Assembly: GCF_009914755.1 (NCBI RefSeq)
Contig: NC_060925.1
Length of the DNA: 64,000 nucleotides
Strand: one strand, 5' to 3'
From: the human T2T-CHM13v2.0 reference genome, Homo sapiens
Part shown: in pieces, positions 57,101-64,000 of the stretch
How positions within the stretch are numbered: position 1 is the first letter of the stretch
How the letters are laid out: each line of letters opens with the position of its first letter
Notes under the pieces: generated by a model
The model's database searches: none
The model's input: the letters and a program-made list of their open reading frames with translations, nothing else
What the model was told of the DNA's origin: nothing
Translations under genes and position numbers: made by a program

Positions 57101-60100
57101 AATCATCGAATAAAATTGATTGAAATCATCATCAAATGGAATCGAATGGTATCATTGAATGGAATCGAATGGAATCATCATCAGATGGAAATGAATGGAA
57201 TCGTCATAGAATGGAATCGAATGGATTCATTGAATGGAATCAGATGGAATCATCGAATGGACTGGAATGGAATCATTGAATGGACTCGAAAGGGATCATT
57301 ATTGAATGGAATTGAATGGAATCATCGAATGGTCTCGATTGGAATCATTATCAAATGGAATCGAATGGAATCACCGAATAGAATCGAATGGAACAATCAT
57401 CGAATGGAGTAAAATGGAATTCTCCTCAAATGGAATCGAATGGAATTATCGAATGCAATCGAATGGAATTATCGAATGCAATCGAATAGAATCATCGAAT
57501 GGACTCGAATGGAATCATCGAATTCGATGGAATGAAACAGTCAATGAACTCGAATGGAATCATCCTTGAATGGAATCGAATGGAATCATCGAGTGGAATC
57601 GAATGGAATTATGATCAAATGGAATCGAATGTAATCTTCAACAAATGGAATCAAAGATAACCATCATCAATTGGTATTGAATGGAATTGTCATCAAATGG
57701 AATTCAAAGGAATCATCACCAAATGGAACCGAATGGAATCCTCATTGAATGGAAATGAAAGGGGTCATCATCTAATGGAATCGCATGGAATCATCATCAA
57801 ATGGAATCGAATGGAATCATCATCAAATGGAATCTAATGGAATCATTGAACAGAATTGAAAGAAATCGTCATCGAATGAACTGAATGCAATCATCGAATT
57901 GTCTCAAATGGAAACATCTTCTAATGGAAAGGAATGGAATCATCGCATAGAATCGAATGAAATTAACATTGAATGGACTCGAATGGAATCAACATCAAAC
58001 GGAATCAAGCGGAATTATCGAATGGAATCGAAGAGAATCATCGAATGGACTCGAATGGAATCATCTAATGGAATGGAATGGAATAATCCACGGACTCGAA
58101 TGCAATCATCATCGTATAGAATCGAATGGAATCATCGAATGGACTCGAATGGAATTATCATTGAACGGAATCGAATGGAATCATCATCGGATGGAAACGA
58201 ATGGAATCATCATCGAATGGAAATGAAAGGAGTCATCATCTAATGGAATTGCATGGAATAATCATAAAATGGAATTGAATGGAATCGACATCAAATGGAA
58301 TCAAATGGAATCATTGAACGAAATTGAATGGAATCGTCGTCGAATGAATTGAATGCAATCATCGAATGGTCTCGAGTGGAATCATCTTCAAATGGAATGG
58401 AATGGAATCATCGCATAGAATCGAATGGAATTATCATCGAATGGAATCGAAAGGTATCAACATCAAACGGAAAAAAACGGAATTATCGAATGGAATCGAA
58501 GAGAATCATCGAACGGACCCGAATGGAATCATCTAATGGAATGGAATGGAATAATCCATGGACTCGAATGCAATCATCATCGAATGGAATCGAATGGAAT
58601 CATCGAATGGACACGAATGGAATAATCATTGAATGGAATCGAATGGAATCATCGAATGGACGCGAATGGAATAATCATTGAATGGAATCGAATGGAATCA
58701 TCGAATAGACTGGAATGGAATCACTGAATGGACTCGAAAGGGATCATCATTGATTGGAATTGAATGGAATCATCGAATGGTCTCGATTGGAATCATTATC
58801 AAATGGAATCGAATGAAATCACCGAATAGAATCGAATGGAACAATCATCGAATGGCCTCAAATGGAATTATCTTCAAATGGAATCGAATGGAATTATCGA
58901 ATGCAATCGAATGGAATTATCGAATGCAATCGAATAGAATCATCAAATGGACTCGAATGGAATCATCGAATGGAATGGAATGGAACAGTCAATGACTCGA
59001 ATGGAATCATCATTGAATGGAATCGAATGTAATCATCGAGTGGAATCGAATGGAATTATGATCAAGTGGAATCGAATGTAATCATCATCAAATGGAATCA
59101 AAAATAACCATCATCAATTGGTATTGAATGGATTTGTCATCAAATGGAATTCAAAGGAATCACCATCAAATGGAACCGAATGGAATCCTCATTGAATGGA
59201 AATGAAAGGGGTCATCATCTAATGGAATCGCATGGAATCATCATCAAATGGAATCGAATGGAATCTTCATCAAATGGAATCTAATGGAATCATTGAACAG
59301 AATTGAATGGAATCGTCATCGAATGAATTGAATGCAATCATCGAATGGTCTCGAATGGAATCATCTTCTAATGGAAAGGAATGGAATCATCGCATAGAAT
59401 CGAATGGAATTAACATTGAATGGACTCGAATGGAATCCACATCAAACGGAATCAAGCGGAATTACCGAATGGAATCAAAGAGAATCATCGAATGGACTCG
59501 AATGGAATCATCTAATGGAATGGAATGGAATAATCCACGGACTCGAATGCAATCATCATCGTATAGAATCGAATGGAATCATCGAATGGACTCGAATGGA
59601 ATAATCATTGAATGGAATCAAATGGAATCATCATCGGATGGAAACGAATGGAATCATCATCGAATGGAAATGAAAAGAGTCATCATCTAATGGAATTTCA
59701 TGGAATCACCATAAAATGGAATCGAATGGAATCAACATCAAATGGAATCAAATGGAATCATTGAACGGAATTGAATGGAATCGTCATCGAATGAATTGAA
59801 TGCAATCATCGAATGGTCTCGAATGGAATCATCTTCTATTGGAAAGGAATGGAATCATCGCATAGAATCGAATGGAATTAAAATTGAATGGACTCGAATG
59901 GAATCAACATCAAACGGAAAAAAACGGAATTATCGAATGGAATCGAAGAGAATCATCGAATGGACCCGAATGGAATCATCTAATGGAATGGAATGGAATA
60001 ATCCATGGACTCGAATGCAATCATCATCGAATGGAATCGAATGGAATCATCGAATGGACTCGAATGGAATAATCATTGAACGGAATCGAATGGAATCATC

Positions 60101-63100
60101 ATCGGATGGAAACGAATGGAATCATCATCGAATGGAAATGAAAGGAGTCATGTAATGGAATTGCATGGAATCATCATAAAATGGAATCGAATGGAATCAA
60201 CATCAAATGGAATCCAATGGAATCATTGAACGGAATTGAATGGAATCGTCATCGAATGAATTGAATGCAATCATCGAATGGTCTCGAATGGAATCATCTT
60301 CAAATGGAATGGAATGGAATCATCGCATAGAATCGAATGGAATTATCATCGAATGGAATCGAATGGAATCAACATCAAACGGAAAAAAACGGAATTATCG
60401 AATGGAATCGAAGAGAATCATCGAATGGACCCGAATGGAATCATCTAATGGAATGGAATGGAATAATCCATGGACTCGAACGCAATCATCATCGAATGGA
60501 ATCGAATGGAATCATCGAATGGACTCGAATGGAATAATCATTGAACGGAATCGAATGGAATCATCATCGGATGGAAATGAATGGAATCATCATCGAATGG
60601 AATCGAATAGAATTATGGAATGAAATCCAGTGTGATCATCATCGAATGGACCCGAATGGACTCATCATCTAATGGAAGCTAATGGAATCAACATCGAATG
60701 AATCGAATGGAAACACCATCGAATTGAAACGAATGGAATTATCATGAAATTGAAATGGATGGACTCATCATCGAATGGATTCGAATGGAATCATCGAATA
60801 AAATTGATTGAAATCATCATCAAATGGAATCGAATGGTATCATTGAATGGAATCGAATGGAATCATCATCAGATGGAAATGAATGGAATCGTCATAGAAT
60901 GGAATCGAATGGATTCATTGAATGGAATCAGATGGAATCATCGAATGGAATTGAATGGAATCATTGAATGGACTCGAAAGGGATCATTATTGAATGGAAT
61001 TGAATGGAATCATCGAATGGTCACGATTGGAAGCATTATCAAATGGAATCGAATGGAATCACCAAATAGAATCGAATGGAACAATCATCGAATGGACTCA
61101 AATGGAATTATCCTCAAATGGAATCGAATGGAATTATCGAATGCAATCGAATGGAATTATCGAATGCAATCGAATAGAATCATCGAATGGACTCGAATGG
61201 AATCATCGAATGGAATGGAATGGAACAGTCAATGAACTCGAATGGAATCATCATTGAATGGAATCGAATGGAATCATCGAGTGGAATCGAATGGAATTAT
61301 GATCAAATGGAATCGAATGTAATCATCATCAAATGGAATCAAAAATAACCATCATCAATTGGTATTGAATGGAATTGTCATCAAATGGAATTCAAGGGAA
61401 TCATCATCAAATGGAACCGAATGGAATCCTCATTGAATGGAAATGAAAGGGGTCATCATCTAATGGAATCGCATGGAATCATCATCAAATGGAATCGAAT
61501 GGAATCATCATCAAATGGAATCTAATGGAATCATTGAACGGAATTGAATGGAATTGTCATCGAATGAATTGAATGCAATCATCGAATGGTCTTGAATGGA
61601 ATCATCTTCTAATGGAAAGGAATGGAATCATCGCATAGAATCGAATGGAATTAACATCCCCGGACTCGAATGCAATCATCATCGTATAGAATCGAATGGA
61701 ATCATTGAATGGACTCGAATGGAATAATCATTGAACGGAATCGAATGGAATCATCATCGGATGGAAACGAATGGAATCATCATCGAATGGAAATGAAAGG
61801 AGTCATCATCTAATGGAATTGCATGCAATCATCATAAAATGGAATCGAATGGAATCAACATCAAATGGAAACTAATGGAATCATTGAACAGAATTGAATG
61901 GCATCGTCATCGAATGAATTGAATGCAATCATCGAATGGTCTCGAATGGAATCATCTTCAAATGGAATGGAATGGAATCATCGCATAGAATCGAATGGAA
62001 TTATCATCGAATGGAATCGAATGGAATCAACATCAAACGGAAAAAAACGGAATTATCGAATGGAATCGAAGAGAATCATCGAATGGTCCCGAATGCAATC
62101 ATCTAACGGAATGGAATGGAATAATCCATGGACTCGAATGCAATCATCATCGAATGGAATCGAATGGAATCATCAAATGGACTCGAATGAAATAATCATC
62201 GAACGGAATCGAATGGAATCATCATCGGATGGAAATGAATGGAATCATCATCGAATGGAATCGAATAGAATTATGGAATGAAATCCAGTGTCGTCATCAT
62301 CGTATGGACCCGAATGGAATCATCATCCAACGGAAGCTAATGGAATCAACATCGAATTAATCGAATGGAAACACCATCGAATTGAAACGAGTGGAATTAT
62401 CATGAAATTGAAATGGATGGACTCATCATCGAATGGATTCGAATGGAATCATCGAATAAAATTGATTGAAATCATCATCAAATGGAATCGAATGGTATCA
62501 TTGAATGGAATCGAATGGAATCATCATCAGATGGAAATGAATGGAATCGTCATAGAATGGAATCGAATGGATTCATTGAATGGAATCAGATGGAATCTTC
62601 GAATGGACTGGAATGGAATCATTGAATGGACTCGAAAGGGATCATTATTGAATGGAATTGAATGGAATCATCGAATGGTCTCGATTGGAATCATTATCAA
62701 ATGGAATCGAATGGAATCACCGAATAGAATCGAATGGAACAATCATCGAATGGACTCAAATGGAATTATCCTCAAGTGGAATTGAATGGAATTATCGAAT
62801 GCAATCGAATGGAATTATCGAATGCAATCGAATAGAATCATCGAATGGACTCGAATGGAATCATCGAATGGAATGGAATGGAACAGTCAATGAACTCGAA
62901 TGGAATCATCATTGAATGGAATCGAATGGAATCATCGAGTGGAATCGAATGGAATTATGATCAAATGGAATCGAATGTAATCATCATCAAATGGAATCAA
63001 AAATAACCATCATCAATTGGTATTGAATGGAATTGTCATCAAATGGAATTCAAAGGAATCATCATCAAATGGAACCGAATGGAAACCTCATTGAATGGAA

Positions 63101-64000
63101 ATGAAAGGGGTCATCATCTAATGGAATCGCATGGAATCATCATCAAATGGAATCGAATGGAATCATCATCAAATGGAATCTAATGGAATCATTGAACAGA
63201 ATTGAATGGAATCGTCAGCGAATGAATTGATTGCAATCATCGAATGGTCTCGAATGGAATCATCTTCTAATGGAAAGGAATGGAATCATCGCATAGAATC
63301 GAATGGAATTAACATTGAATGGACTCGAATGGAATCCACATCAAACGGAATCAAGCGGAATTATCGAATGGAATCGAAGAGAATCATCGAATGGACTCGA
63401 ATGGAATCATCTAATGGAATGGAATGGAATAATCCCCGGACTCGAATGCAATCATCATCGTATAGAATCGAATGGAATCATTGAATGGACTCGAATGGAA
63501 TAATCATTGAACGGAATCGAATGGAATCATCATCGGATGGAAACGAATGGAATCATCATCGAATGGAAATGAAAGGAGTCATCATCTAATGGAATTGCAT
63601 GCAATCATCATAAAATGGAATCGAATGGAATCAACATCAAATGGAATCAAATGGAATCATTGAACGGAATTGAATGGAATCGTCATCGAATGAATTGGAT
63701 GCAATCATCGAATGGTCTCGAATGGAATCATCTTCAAATGGAATGGAATGGAATCATCGCATAGAATCGAATGGAATTATCATCAAATGTTATCGAATGG
63801 TATCAACAACAAACGGAACAAAACGGAATTATCGAATGGAATCGAAGAGAATCATCGAACGGACCTGAATGGAATCATCTAATGGAATGGAATGGAATAA
63901 TCCATGGACTCGAATGCAATCATCATCGAATGGAATCGAATGGAATCATCGAATGGACCCGAATGGAATAATCATTGAACGGAATCGAATGGAATCATCA

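Larger units (their letters stand above)
1..64000 (+). repeat. Human Satellite II (HSat2/HSATII) pericentromeric array, GGAAT-rich strand on +
   Basis: Every line consists of diverged pentamers (GGAAT, CGAAT) joined by ATC/ATCATC triplets, e.g. ATCATCGAATGGAATCGAATGGA. This is the reverse complement of the HSat2 signature CATTCGATTC, with dense TaqI sites (TCGA). Perfect GGAAT runs are short (about 3 units), unlike HSat3. Confidence 0.97.
20395..64000 (+). repeat. Domain dominated by ~1776-bp and ~2240-bp higher-order units (1.77-kb chr1-type HSat2A-like)
   Basis: Core marker spacings are 1776, 1775, 1750, 1308, 3717, 1775, 2234, 1776, 2243, 2240, 2243, 2240, 1776, 2240, 1776, 2240, 1776, 1776, 3688, 1658. 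There is typically one GGAATTCAAAGG EcoRI site per core. The chromosome assignment is inferred from the period. Confidence 0.85.

Noticed and set aside
2487-62785. Recurrent 163-aa (MKLKWMD) and 127-aa (MESSSNEL) ORFs as a multicopy gene family
   Set aside because: They recur because the DNA repeats. Overlapping frames are equally open, and stops and frameshifts arise freely between copies.
63228-63239. Perfect palindrome TGATTGCAATCA
   Set aside because: It is a single substitution of consensus TGAATGCAATCA in one copy, as expected by chance.
1-64000. CRISPR array or diversity-generating cassette system
   Set aside because: There are no unique spacers, cas genes, reverse transcriptase or recombinase. 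All variation is point or indel divergence of the satellite.
1-64000. HSat3 with heat-shock elements or long (GGAAT)n fold-back tracts
   Set aside because: Perfect GGAAT runs are only ~3-4 units and ATCATC/TCGA motifs dominate, which indicates HSat2. The nGAAn units are direct repeats, not the alternating inverted arrays of a canonical HSE.

Overview
The whole 64 kb is one uninterrupted, single-orientation array of primate (most likely human) classical Satellite II (HSat2/HSATII), with the diverged GGAAT/CGAAT strand on +. I see no credible genes, RNA genes, transposon insertions, inversions or unique sequence. The ORFs are by-products of the repeat, but they work as exact positional markers. 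The array has a nested grammar: an ~840-bp core plus n copies of a 468-bp module, giving units of about 1308, 1776, 2244, 2712, 3648 and 4116 bp. The 1776-bp unit with one EcoRI site fits the chromosome 1q12 1.77-kb satellite, which is an inference. On top of this are two ordered module types (A and B), kb-scale duplications (offsets 4090, 4483, 7327/7498, 10411, 11417), a local 4016-bp higher-order repeat, mosaic conversion-like tracts, 23/26/49-bp quantised indels, and an apparent subfamily boundary near 2.1-2.4 kb. I found no new gene system; the interest lies in repeat architecture and possibly in DUX4-motif distribution. All comparisons were made by eye and by marker arithmetic, so boundaries are approximate.
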